DNA from: Octopus bimaculoides
Taxonomy: Eukaryota
Length of the DNA stretch: 64,000 nucleotides
Assembly: GCF_001194135.2 (NCBI RefSeq)
Contig: NC_069007.1
Location: 10,867,989 to 10,931,988 of the forward strand
Direction of reading: 5' to 3'
The position numbers and the translations under genes were made by a program. The notes beneath the pieces are model-generated. The model was given only the letters and a program-made list of their open reading frames with translations, had not been told where the DNA came from and searched no databases. Shown here piece after piece: positions 1 through 11,507 of this stretch (position 1 is its first letter; every line of letters starts with the position of its first letter).

Positions 1-59
1 TCTCAGATTGTGATGGTGGATGTCCTTATGTTTATAATCGTGATGGAACTTGTAGGTAA

Positions 60-480
60 GTGATCATGTATTTTCTTTTATAAGGGCATGAGTGGAATAA
101 TTTATTCCTGCACTTTAAATGGGTATCTGATTGAAGAGAGCTTTTTAACATAATTCTTTTTTTTTTTGCTTAGGCATTGCTTGCACTTCTTCAGCACTCA
201 TCACTTGAAGTTGTAATCCATGATCTTTTCCTTCAATGACCATATATGCTTAGCCATGGCTGTGATATTGTGTTTATCCTGGATATTAAGGGAAGACTTA
301 TGGTTGTTAAATCAAGTTCTGAAAGGACCTTCTGTCATGCCCACAAACTTCCAAACATCACACTATCTGCTTGGGGTCCTTTGATGACACATATACAACT
401 GTCTTTTTGTTGCAGTAGTCATTAAGGGAATATATAGTGTTGCTTGTGTACAAGCATCCTGCCTCTGTTTTAAGTGTGGA
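60..480 (-). mobile_element. Penelope-like element GIY-YIG endonuclease remnant
   Basis: Minus-strand translation with stops: C..SLNDYCNKKTVVY...KFVGMTEGPFRT*FNNHKSSLNIQDKHNITAMAKHIWSLKEK...CRNKLFHSCPYKRKY. This matches the PLE layout of Cys motif, VVY, YVG.TE..F..R..NH and K.IW.LK. Confidence 0.8.
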
Positions 481-704
481 TTTACCTAACGATATTTCGT
501 TTATACTGGATGCACAGCTAAAAGAAACTCTTAAGATGTGTCTGTTAAATATTTTGTGGAACCTATTTGTAGACAGAAAGTGTTTATCTCTAAGTTAAGG
601 AAGATCATACCTACACAAGTTTTTATGCTTATCCACCCACACATCTGTACATTCATCCAGCCATCTCTCTTTCTCTCTCTCCCCCTCTCTCTCTTTCCCT
701 TCCT

Positions 705-789
<85 letters not shown>

Positions 790-1090
790 TACATACATAC
801 ATACATACATACATACATACACACAAGCATACATAAATATATTGTTTCTGATTTTGACAGTTAAGAAATAGTTAACTAAAGAGTAATGCCAAAATCATTG
901 ATAATTTCTTCATCCTTTCTTTTCTTCTTAGTTTTGCTTGCTTTTTATATTTTCTATGTTTATGTTGTGGAATCTCTGGTAAACTCCAGGGAAGATGGCT
1001 GTCCACTTTGCAGGAACTGAGCTGATTCACATGGCATGGATGTGATGTACTTTAAATCAATTGTTTATGTACTTGCCTGTTTATCTGTCT

Positions 1091-1131
<41 letters not shown>

Positions 1132-1384
1132 TGTATGGATGGAGGTAGGTAGATAGATTGGTAGGTAGATAGATTGGTAGGTAGATAAGTAGGTTGGTAT
1201 GCGTATATGTGGTGGTGGTTTGGCAGAATCATTAGAACATTCAATAAAATGCCTTTTGCAATTAAAGTTCATATCCTGTAAAGGTCAATCTGTCTTTCAT
1301 TCTCTCAGAAATACAGTTTCAGCCAAGTTCTATGATACAATCTTCTTTCCTTCCAGCTGTTAAATTATGGATATTCTTCAGGAT

Positions 1385-2800
1385 GAAGAGTGGTTAAGTC
1401 TAGAACATATCTGTACATGCTAGCCTTATTTCTTTCCTATTTTCTCATATCCTCTGCGTCTAAGACCCATATCTCATTACCATGTAGCATTGCAGTTCTA
1501 ACACAAGCATCGTATAATCTGCCTTTCATATAATCTGTGGGATTAAATAATCTTTCGTATAATCTGTGGGAAAAGACATTTGTTGCCAATAGCAATAGTA
1601 ACTCCCTGAACTTTTTCCAGCCTGTTCTTACCCTGGTTGCCATACTCTCAGAACAACCACCTTCACTGCCATGCATGTCATGACTTCCAGTAAGTCCCTT
1701 GAGCATTTAAGAGAATGCTTTTCCGGTGTGCTCTTTGTGCTTGTTGCCTCAGTGCATCTGCCACATACAAATCCTGCCTCCATTGTTAGTCTGTCTGTGA
1801 TTTCACTACACCTCTTGTGTGTCCCAATATGACACTGTGTCCCTAGATGACACTGTGTCCCAAGATGACACTGTGTCCCAAGATGACACTAGATGATACC
1901 TCTTGTGTGTCCCTAGATGAGTAAAGCAGATGGAGTTCCTACTTACTCATTTTCTACATCCTGAGCAAGGCTTTTTTCCCTGATGGGACCATGATCCTGT
2001 CTTCTGTTTTACATCTAACTTATGCTATGTTTACTGTCAGACCTCTTAATTCTAGCTTCTATGTCTGGAATTTCTACTCTAATTCTACTAAAGATTCAGC
2101 TGTAAAAACTAAATCATCAACATAAAATAGTTCCCAAGGACAGTCAGTCATGAAGTCCTCTGTGTAGGACTATAGGGGTTGTAGGCTGAACTTTTACAGA
2201 CTCCTGTCTTCAAGCTGAAGTCATTGTTAAACTCATTGCTGACTTTTACATTACTAACTGCACCCTTGTATATACTTTGTACAGCTCTAACAAGCCTTTC
2301 ATTTTAGGCTTTTGAGAACTGTACATGATGATCCAGTCTCAGTCTTTTCTATTGTGATTGCTGTAGGAAGTGCTCTGATAAACTTTCTCTCTTAATTCCA
2401 GATCACCTGACTTGAAACGCAGAGTATCTTCACCCAAATGCTGTTGTGCTTCAATGAATAAGGAAGTCTTTTAATAGTCATAGCTTTGGAACTATCCTCC
2501 TTCTCATTGTTTTTCTCCTTCTTATGACCTGAACTCTTTCAGGTCTGAAGTAAGTTCATTCCTTTTGTCTTAACTTCTTCTTCATAGTCCCTTACGCTAA
2601 ATGGCTTCTCACCTTATTTGGGGCTTTCTTATATAAAAAAAAAAACCCATCAGATTACTGAGTATGGTACCCAGTCAAAATCCTTCTCTAAGTTATCAAA
2701 TGCCATGTATAGTACTTTATCCTTAGTTAAGTACTTCTGGTGTTGCCTCACCTGGAAGGTGGTATCTGTGGTAGCACCTCTGAGAATAAAACCAAACTGA
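1385..2800 (-). mobile_element. Decayed RTE-clade LINE, reverse transcriptase domain to thumb region (interrupted)
   Basis: Minus-strand motifs QFGF..RGATTDTTFQVRQ..KYLTKDKVLYMAFDNLEKDFDWVP, CPWELFYVDDL (2111-2143, YADD-like), THKRC, and RVRTGWKKFRELL...GRLYDACVRTAMLHGNEIW (ORF 1437-1706). Confidence 0.9.
1820..1905. repeat. Short tandem repeat of about 19 bp (gatgacactgtgtcccaa) expanded inside the RTE THKRC motif
   Basis: 3-4 adjacent copies, flanked by a duplicated cctcttgtgtgtccc. Confidence 0.85.
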
Positions 2801-2802
2801 TA

Positions 2803-3553
2803 GAGTGTGGCACTTCTTCACACAGCCGTATGAATGAAAACAGCCATGTGAAGAAGTCCTGCACTATAACAGTGTAGGGAACCTGTGGAAGAGGTAGAGC
2901 CAGGAAGACATGGGATGAAATAGTGAAGCATGTATCTTTGAATGTTGAGCTTCATGGAAGCAATGCCAAGTGAACAAGACCTTTGGCAATACACTGAGCT
3001 TGAGAAGACCCGTCAAGCTAAGTGAGATCATAGTCATGGCTGGTGTCACATAACTGGCATGTAAAAAGCACCCTTCAAACATTGGGCAATATGTTGTACT
3101 TGAGACGACCTGTCAAGCCAAGTGAAATTGGAGTCATGGCCGATATCAGTGCCATCTGACTGGCACCCATGCTGGTAGCATGTAAAAAAGCAGCATTTGA
3201 GCACTGGGCCTCATGGAGGCAGTGACAGGAGACTAAGACCTTTGGCAATATACTGTGCTTGTGTAGACCTGTCAAGCCAAGTGAGAGTGTAGTCGCGGCC
3301 GATGCCGGTGTCAGATCAATGGCGCCTGTGCCATTGATCTGACAATGCACCCATTGTCCAATGCACCAATGCACAAATCATAAAAAGCACCCACCACACT
3401 TTTGGTGTGGTTGGCATTAGGAAGGGCTTCCAGTTGTAGAAACCTTGTCAGATCAGATTGGAACCTGGTGCAGCTCCCTGACTTATCAGTTCTCGGTCAA
3501 ACCATCCAACCCATGGCAGCATGGAAAACAGACGTTAAATGATGATGATGATG
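2803..3553 (+). mobile_element. 5'-truncated RTE LINE 3' end (RT C-terminus, 3' UTR, (GAT)n tail)
   Basis: RMNENSHVKKSCTITV*GTCGRGRARKTWDEIVK, then the ggaagggc.tccag.tgtagaaac 3' UTR motif and an acgttaaat(gat)n tail. Confidence 0.9.
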
Positions 3554-3554
3554 T

Positions 3555-3800
3555 GTTTCACTAACATTATTCTGTGGTATTTTCTTTGACCTTCCATACC
3601 CTCATCAAAAAATTCGATGTCTCTGCAATTTCCACTCCCTTACACGTCTCCTTTGTCCCTGTAGCAATTTACATTGATGCTGCTACACCAGTCATTCGGT
3701 ATGACACCTTCCTGTATTAACTGATTAACTATTCAGGTTATTAACATGTACCCTACTTTGCCAGATATTTTGAGCATCTCAGCAACATGGAAACAAACTA
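3555..3800 (-). mobile_element. Upstream continuation of the minus-strand RTE (region just before RT QFGF)
   Basis: VAEMLKISGKVGYMLIT*IVNQLIQEGVIPNDWCSSINVNCYRDKGD. Joins in register to QFGF at 2800 once 2803-3553 is removed. Confidence 0.85.
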
Positions 3801-4420
3801 GGGTGGTGTAGTGGTAGCGAATCAGGATATTGTTAATTGAAGCCAGCATCGAAGAATGATAACAATAGAGAGAACATGAACAATAACATGCACAACTTCC
3901 CAATGCAACTGAAAACAATCTTTATATTGAAATAGGAAGATAAAATGATAAAATAGGTGCAGTAAATGAGGAAGAGGTAGGCTTGTGTGTGTATGAGTGT
4001 GGGTGGGTGGGTATGGATATATACACCCACATGCACAAGTATACACACATACACACCCATATATATATAAAGTGTATAATATATATATACTTGTACAATA
4101 TATAGTACATATATATGTATGCGTGCGTGTGTGTAAATATATATTAATTATGTATAAATATCTATATATATTTATACATATATATATGTGTATATATATA
4201 TGTATATGTATTGTGCGTGTATATATGTATTATGTGTGTGTATATATATGTATGTATATGTGTATGTATATATATATATATGTATATGTGTATGTATATA
4301 TATATGTATATACATACATACATACACAGGTATGTAAATATACAGACACCTACACATATATGCATGTATGTGTATTCATATGTGTGTGAGTGTGTGTATG
4401 TGTGTGTGTANNNNNNNNNN

Positions 4421-4471
<51 letters not shown>

Positions 4472-4881
4472 GTATATATATAACTAAATATATACATATA
4501 TATATGCATAGATACACATAAATGTATACAGGAAATATCAGCTTTTGTTCCATTAGTTCAAATTATTTTAAAGTTACCATCGTCATTGTCTCACTATCAT
4601 CATTATCATCATCGTCATCATCATCTTCATCCCTGTTGTCATTATTCTATTATTGTTACTATGGACCTGCTCCAAACATTACCATCATCAGTTTCACCAT
4701 TTGCAACATCATTAAACTTCCTCCCACCTATCATTATGTTTGCTTTTATCATCATAATTTTCACCATTTTTACACCTTCATACACATCGGTACATTAATC
4801 TGAGACTGTTTCACATGTATATTTTACACATTCACAGTTGGACATATATGTATCTATATGTATGTATCTATGTCTGTGTGT

Positions 4882-5225
4882 GGAGGCGCAATGGCCCAGT
4901 GGTTAGGGCAGCGGACTCGCGGTCATAGGATCGCGGTTTCGATTCCCAGACTGGACATTGTGAGTGTTTATTGAGTGAAAACACCTAAAGCTCCACGAGG
5001 CTCCGGCAGGGGATGGTGGTGAACTCTGCTCTACTCTTCCACCACAACTTTCTCTCATTCTTACTTCCTGTTTCTGTTGTGCCTGTAATTCAAAAGGTCA
5101 GCCTTGTCACGCTGAATATCCCCGAGAACTACGTTAAGGGTACACGTGTCTGTGGAGTGCTCAGCCACTTGCACGTTAATTTCACGAGCAGGCTGTTCCG
5201 TTGATCGGATCAACTGGAACTCTCG
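4882..5225 (+). mobile_element. tRNA-derived SINE (OR1/OR2-like), 3' end lost in gap
   Basis: Head ggaggcgcaatggcccagtggttagggcagcggactcgcgg...gtttcgattccc has A/B boxes. The same head occurs inverted at 45.2-45.38 kb. Family name is from recall of octopus SINE literature. Confidence 0.8.
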
Positions 5226-5984
5226 NNNNNNNNNNNNNNNNNNNNNNNNNNNNNNNNNNNNNNNNNNNNNNNNNNNNNNNNNNNNNNNNNNNNNNNNNNN
5301 NNNNNNNNNNNNNNNNNNNNNNNNNNNNNNNNNNNNNNNNNNNNNNNNNNNNNNNNNNNNNNNNNNNNNNNNNNNNNNNNNNNNNNNNNNNNNNNNNNNN
5401 NNNNNNNNNNNNNNNNNNNNNNNNNNNNNNNNNNNNNNNNNNNNNNNNNNNNNNNNNNNNNNNNNNNNNNNNNNNNNNNNNNNNNNNNNNNNNNNNNNNN
5501 NNNNNNNNNNNNNNNNNNNNNNNNNNNNNNNNNNNNNNNNNNNNNNNNNNNNNNNNNNNNNNNNNNNNNNNNNNNNNNNNNNNNNNNNNNNNNNNNNNNN
5601 NNNNNNNNNNNNNTATGCATGTATATCTCTCTCATACATATACAGAGACATATGCACAGATATATACACATACATATACACATACATATACGTATACATA
5701 CATATATATATACACATACATATACACAGACACATACATATATTTATACGCATACACATACATATATACACATACATATACACACATTCACATACATATA
5801 TACACATACATATACACATATATATATACACATATATATACATACAGACACATACATATATACGCATACATATACACATACATATATACACATACATATA
5901 CACACATATACACACATATATATACATATACATATACACATATACACATCAACAAAGAAATTACACAGATATAAGAGCTAGAAC

Positions 5985-6055
5985 TAGTGGTCCGCCCGTG
6001 GACCTTTTCCACTGGAAATTTTTGCTTGCCACACTAAAAAGTTTCCCCACCCTTG
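5985..6055 (-). mobile_element. hAT-like MITE terminus fragment
   Basis: Minus strand CAAGGGTGGGGAAACTTTTT resembles hAT TIRs (CAGGGGTGGGCAAAC); GC-rich subterminal ggtccgcccgtggacc. Confidence 0.45.
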
Positions 6056-6214
6056 GTCAAGAGTGATGGCATTTATGTATATGAGGGTATTAATATTTCA
6101 GTAACATCACATGATTCCATGTGCTCACCAGCGACATTGTTGAGAACTCTAAACTCTAAACATTAGAACAGTTGGATTTTTTCTTAATCTTGTTAAGAAA
6201 GATCTGATACTTAC

Positions 6215-6365
6215 TGAGAGTTTTGAGGAAGTAGAAAAGATTTCTCGGATGTTTCCAAGTTGAATATATTCCACAGTTGTTTCTGTTGTCTCAGCCATAT
6301 TTGGAGAGGCATGAGAATTTGGTGATGGTGGCAGTGGTGTGTTTACATTGTTTTTGATCTCTCTT
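6215..6365 (-). CDS. Candidate coding exon of an unidentified host gene
   Basis: Open frame REIKNNVNTPLPPSPNSHASPNMAETTETTVEYIQLGNIREIFSTSSKLS in non-repetitive sequence. Ends at a strong donor CTCTCA|GTAAGT (6215/6214). Acceptor CCAG| at 6366 is weak. No homology recognised. Confidence 0.3.
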
Positions 6366-6871
6366 CTGGCAGGTTTTGGCCGGTTTTTTGAGAAGATTGA
6401 TTTATATCACAAAAGCAAGCAATTTTTGTATGTATGTATGCATGTATGTATGTATTTGTGTGCTGTGTATGTGTGGGTGTGTGTTTGTGAGTTGTGTATG
6501 TGCGTGTGAATGTGTGTGTATGTATGTATGTGTGTGTGTGTGTGTGTATCTCTCTCTGCGTATATGTGTATGTATGAATGAATGTATGTGTGTGTGTGTG
6601 TGTGTGTGCATGTATGCATGTATGTATGTATGTGTGTGAATGTGTGTGTATATGTGTGTGTATGTGTGTGTATGCATGTGTGTGTATGTGCGTAGGTGTG
6701 TGTATGTATGTATGTATGTACGTACGCATGTATACCTGCATGAATATGTATTAGGAGGTTTGGAAAGTAATTTTACCACAATGAAATATAAATNNNNNNN
6801 NNNTGTGCGTAGGTGTGTGTATGTATGTATGTATGTATGTATGTATGTATGCATGCCTGCATGAATATGTA

Positions 6872-7400
6872 TTAGGAGGTTTGGAAAGTAATTTTACCAC
6901 AATGAAATATAAATCAACCAATCATGTTAGAACCAAGGTTGAATGGGTGGGGACTGTCGCAAAATAGTTTATATCACCTCTTCTATCCAACAGGATGTCA
7001 TACATAGTTATTCTGGTAATTAAACCCAAGGAAGATAAGAACTTTATGTAACAACATATTCACCATTGCTTACTGTATGAGTCAACAAAGAAAACTACTG
7101 CTACAGAAGCAATAAAAATCATCTGCAAAGTGTATCCAGATGCAGTGAAAGCTTGGACATGTCAGCTTTGGTTGAAAAAGTTTCAGGGTGGCAATTGTGA
7201 CATATCTGACAAGCCTCGCTCTAGAAGATGACCCACTTCGAACGACAACATTTTGAGTGAGGCTCTTGTATTGGATCCATGTCAAAGCACCAGAGATTTG
7301 GCACAAACATTTCATGTGCCATGTTCAACTATTCACGAGCATCTCAAACAAATTGGGAAAACATGCAAAGAGGGAATTTGGGTTCCGCACGAGAACTGAA
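6872..7400 (+). mobile_element. Mariner element 5' part (TIR plus transposase HTH region), 3'-truncated
   Basis: TA|TTAGGAGGTTTGGAAAGTAA TIR-like start. Translation ATEAIKIICKVYPDAV...LWLKKFQGGNCDISDKPRSRR*...STRDLAQTFHVPCSTIHEHLKQIGKTCKEGIWVPHE contains the WVPHEL motif. Confidence 0.85.
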
Positions 7401-7409
7401 TACAATGTT

Positions 7410-7585
7410 CAACCATCTGCAGCAGTCTTTTCACCTGGAATAACAACCATCTTCAGCAGTTTTCTCACCTGGAATATCAACCATCTGCAGCAGTCTTCTC
7501 ACCTGGAATAACAACCATCTGCAGCAGTCTTCTCACCTGGAATAACAACCATCTGCAGCAGTCTTCTCACCTGGAATATCAACCT
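7410..7585. repeat. 34-bp minisatellite, about 5 copies
   Basis: Unit caaccatctgcagcagtcttctcacctggaataa; starts at 7512 and 7546 give period 34. Confidence 0.9.
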
Positions 7586-7764
7586 TTCATTTGTACCAGG
7601 TTACCTGTATTAGCTTTGGCCTCTTCTGGCTTTGTTATTGATAGATTTTGGCCTCTTCTGGCTTTGTCAATGATAGATACCATGCAGCTGGCAATTGCAG
7701 GACTGCTGTGCTAGCGATATACATAAATATACAGAGCTAAATCAGGTACTGATGATGAATATAT

Positions 7765-8510
7765 TGATCATCAGGGCATACCAGCAGATGGCTTTTACAC
7801 TGTCTTGCATATAGGCATGGACAAGCTATTCAGCTTACCTCCTTTCTAGTAACATGATGTTGTTACTGTAAATTCTTTTCCAGTAACATGATGTTGATAA
7901 GATACAAAAATGGTGAAACATCAATGTACATTGCTCCTGGATAAAATTTAGGGTGAATTGTCTCACCTGTCTAAAACATTTGCGTGTTTTAACACTGGGT
8001 AGTTTCAAAGAGTCATCTCTACTCTGTAAAATCGCAGCATACTGGCAAACAACCAAAGCATATATACTGTGCATGTGTGTTCAACAATATCTACAACACA
8101 AGTGCTGCTCTAATTCATATTTGAATTTATTCCTAAATATGCTCTGTCAGGGCACACCAGCAAATGGTTTTCACACTTTCTTGCATATATGGTCATAGGC
8201 TGGCTATTCAGTTTGGTTCCAGTACATGATGTTGATAAGACACGGAAATGGTGTCACATCGATGTCAATCACTCCTGGATAGGATTTGGGATGCGTTCTC
8301 TCACCTGTCTATGACTTTAGGTGTTGTAACGTCTGGCGCTTTGAAAGAATCATCTCCACTGTGTCACATTGCAGCTGACTGATGAGCAGGCAAATCACAT
8401 GGATTGAGTATGTGTGTTTGATTAAGTTTACAATACTAACAATACTTCTAGTTCATATTTGAATGTATTCCTATGTATTGATCATTGTGGCATTTGAGCA
8501 GATCGATTTT
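7765..8510 (-). repeat. Diverged tandem repeat, period about 338 bp, about 2.2 copies; possibly a decayed coding repeat
   Basis: Markers recur 338 bp apart (gacaggtgaga at 8309/7971; aaatatgaa at 8460/8122). One copy carries a local duplication of about 33 bp. Confidence 0.75.
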
Positions 8511-8519
8511 ACACTCTCA

Positions 8520-8850
<331 letters not shown>

Positions 8851-9254
8851 AGATATCACTGATCGTTAGTGCATGCACTACAAATCACCTGCAATTTTAT
8901 GTTGTTTAAGTCGGTGCTGTTACTGTATATCTGCTATTTAATCTGTGCTATATTTTCTCTGAAATTGTCTCACTTGTGTCATAAGTAATGAAGAAAGAGA
9001 AAAAATAAAGAAGGAGGGAAGAGGAAAAAGAGGAAGAAGGAGAAAATGCAAGGAAAAATGAAGAATATGGGAATAGAGAAGATATAAATAAAAGAGGAAA
9101 GAAATTTTAAAGAAGGTGACAAGTAATGGAAAAGAGGAACAGAGAGGGAGAAAGGGGAAAATGGCAGAGAAGGAAACATTTTGAAGATGACAAATTGAAA
9201 TAATAATAATTTGTTTCCAACAACAACAACAACAACAACAACAATAATAATCCT

Positions 9255-9661
9255 TTCTACTGGAAGCACAAGGCCTCAAATTTTTGAGGAAGGGATTAAG
9301 TCGATTACATCGAACCCAGTACATAACTGGTACTAATTTTATTGACCCCAAAAGGATGAAGGGCAAAGTCGACCTTGGTGGAATTCAAACTCAAAATCTA
9401 ACAGTGGACGAAATACCGTTAAGCATTTCGACTGGCATGCTAACGTTTCTTATTTCTTTATTGCCCACAAGGGGCTAAGCATAGAGGGGACAAACAAGGA
9501 CAGACAAAGGGATTAAGTCGATTACATCGACCCCAGTGCGTAACTGGTACTTACTTTATCGACCCCCGAAAGGATGAAAGGCAAAGTCAACCTTGGCGGA
9601 ATTTGAACTGAGAACGTAATGGCAGAAGAAATACCGCTAAGCATTTCGCCCGGCGTATCTT
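9255..9661 (-). mobile_element. Two tandem tRNA-type SINEs ('family B', central domain GGTCGACTTTGCCTTTCATCCTTTCGGGGTCGATAAA)
   Basis: Older copy 9255-9450 and younger copy 9451-9661 share the central domain but have different 3' tails. Other copies at 14387-14610, 44745-44980 and 45740-45950. Confidence 0.85.
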
Positions 9662-10196
9662 NNNNNNNNNNNNNNNNNNNNNNNNNNNNNNNNNNNNNNN
9701 NNNNNNNNNNNNNNNNNNNNNNNNNNNNNNNNNNNNNNNNNNNNNNNNNNNNNNNNNNNNNNNNNNNNNNNNNNNNNNNNNNNNNNNNNNNNNNNNNNNN
9801 NNNNNNNNNNNNNNNNNNNNNNNNNNNNNNNNNNNNNNNNNNNNNNNNNNNNNNNNNNNNNNNNNNNNNNNNNNNNNNNNNNNNNNNNNNNNNNNNNNNN
9901 NNNNNNNNNNNNNNNNNNNNNNNNNNNNNNNNNNNNNNNNNNNNNNNNNNNNNNNNNNNNNNNNNNNNNNNNNNNNNNNNNNNNNNNNNNNNNNNNNNNN
10001 NNNNNNNNNNNNNNNNNNNNNNNNNNNNNNNNNNNNNNNNNNNNNNNNNNNNNNNNNNNNNNNNNNNNNNNNNNNNNNNNNNNNNNNNNNNNNNNNNNNN
10101 NNNNNNNNNNNNNNNNNNNNNNNNNNNNNNNNNNNNNNNNNNNNNNNNNNNNNNNNNNNNNNNNNNNNNNNNNNNNNNNNNNNNNNNNNNNNNNNN

Positions 10197-10234
<38 letters not shown>

Positions 10235-10669
10235 ACACACATATGTATATGCACATAAACAGATACATATATATATGATGCATGCAGACAATAGGTGAAA
10301 GCTAGATATGCTTAGTATAGAAAACATGTAGTAGTGTTAAATTGAATTTGAATTTAAGCTCCAAATTCTTCATCCAGAACTAGATCCATGGCATCGAAGA
10401 TGGTTATAAGAGAAATTCGAGACTAGCTAATAAGAAGGTAGTGATGCAGATAAATACAGTTAGGCTTCCCACACAAACACACACACACACATACATGTGC
10501 GTACACACACTCACACACATACACAGGCCCATATATCCATGTATATTCAGGAAAATAAACACACACACATACTCACACACACTCACACACATACACAGGC
10601 ACACATATATCTATATATATATTCAGGAAAATAAACACACATACACACATATATACGTGGTGATATATC

Positions 10670-10936
10670 ATGCTTGTGTAGACTTGTCAAACCGAGTGAG
10701 ACCGTAGTTGTGGCCGATGCTAGTGTCAGCTCAATGGCACTCATGCCAATGGGATGTAAGGAACACTCATCACACTCGCAGAGTGGTTGGCATTAGGAAC
10801 GGCGTCCAGCTGTAGAGAGCATGCCAAATCAAATTGGGACCTGGTGCAGCTCCCCAGCTTATCAGTTTTCAGTCAAACCGTCCAACCCATGCCAGCATGG
10901 AAAACGGACGTTAAATGATGTTGATGATGATGATAA

Positions 10937-10976
<40 letters not shown>

Positions 10977-11235
10977 TCATCATCATCATAATTTAACGTC
11001 CGTTCTCCATGCTGACATAGGTTGGACAGTTTGGCTGAGGTCTGGAGAGCCAACAGCTGCACCAGGCTCCAATCTGATCTGGCAACCACTCCGAAAGTGT
11101 AGTGGTTGCCTTTTACATGCCACTGGCGCAGGAGCCAGCCAGGGGGCACTGGCATCGGTTACATTCAGATAGTGCTTTTTACGAGCCACCAGCATGGGAA
11201 CCAGTCAGGCAGCCCTGGCATCAATCACGTTTGGA
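10670..11235. mobile_element. Two RTE 3'-end copies tail-to-tail around (TA)n
   Basis: Plus copy 10670-10935 ends in (gat)n; minus copy 10975-11235 begins on + with (cat)n and ttaacgtcc. Confidence 0.85.
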
Positions 11236-11469
11236 TAGTATATATACAGACACAAATATATTTACCTAAAGCATAAGAAATACAGACATAAGAAGAGAAT
11301 ACATACTTTCTAAACTCCATAGCTGTTTCGGAAATTTAGGAGTTACATAGTAATCGTTATATTCACAATATGCAGATGGAATATGCAAATTGTCTTGGGT
11401 GGGCAACCAGTAAACAGCCACATGGAAATATCTCCTAATATAATAATGAGTGTAGTGTTTTTATATATT

Positions 11470-11507
<38 letters not shown>

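Noticed and set aside
1385-3553. Apparent 5'-inverted (twin-primed) single RTE insertion
   Set aside because: The minus-strand element continues at 3555-3800 in register, so it is a nested insertion of a second copy.
6688-6913. Direct duplication of about 105 bp including the mariner TIR
   Set aside because: The copies flank a 10-N gap, typical of an unmerged contig overlap.
7410-7585. 34-bp repeats as a CRISPR-like array
   Set aside because: No unique spacers, eukaryotic context and no cas genes.
8375-8410. CTGATGA-GC..GC-AAA hammerhead look-alike
   Set aside because: Lacks G12, has G at position 17 and no stem I.
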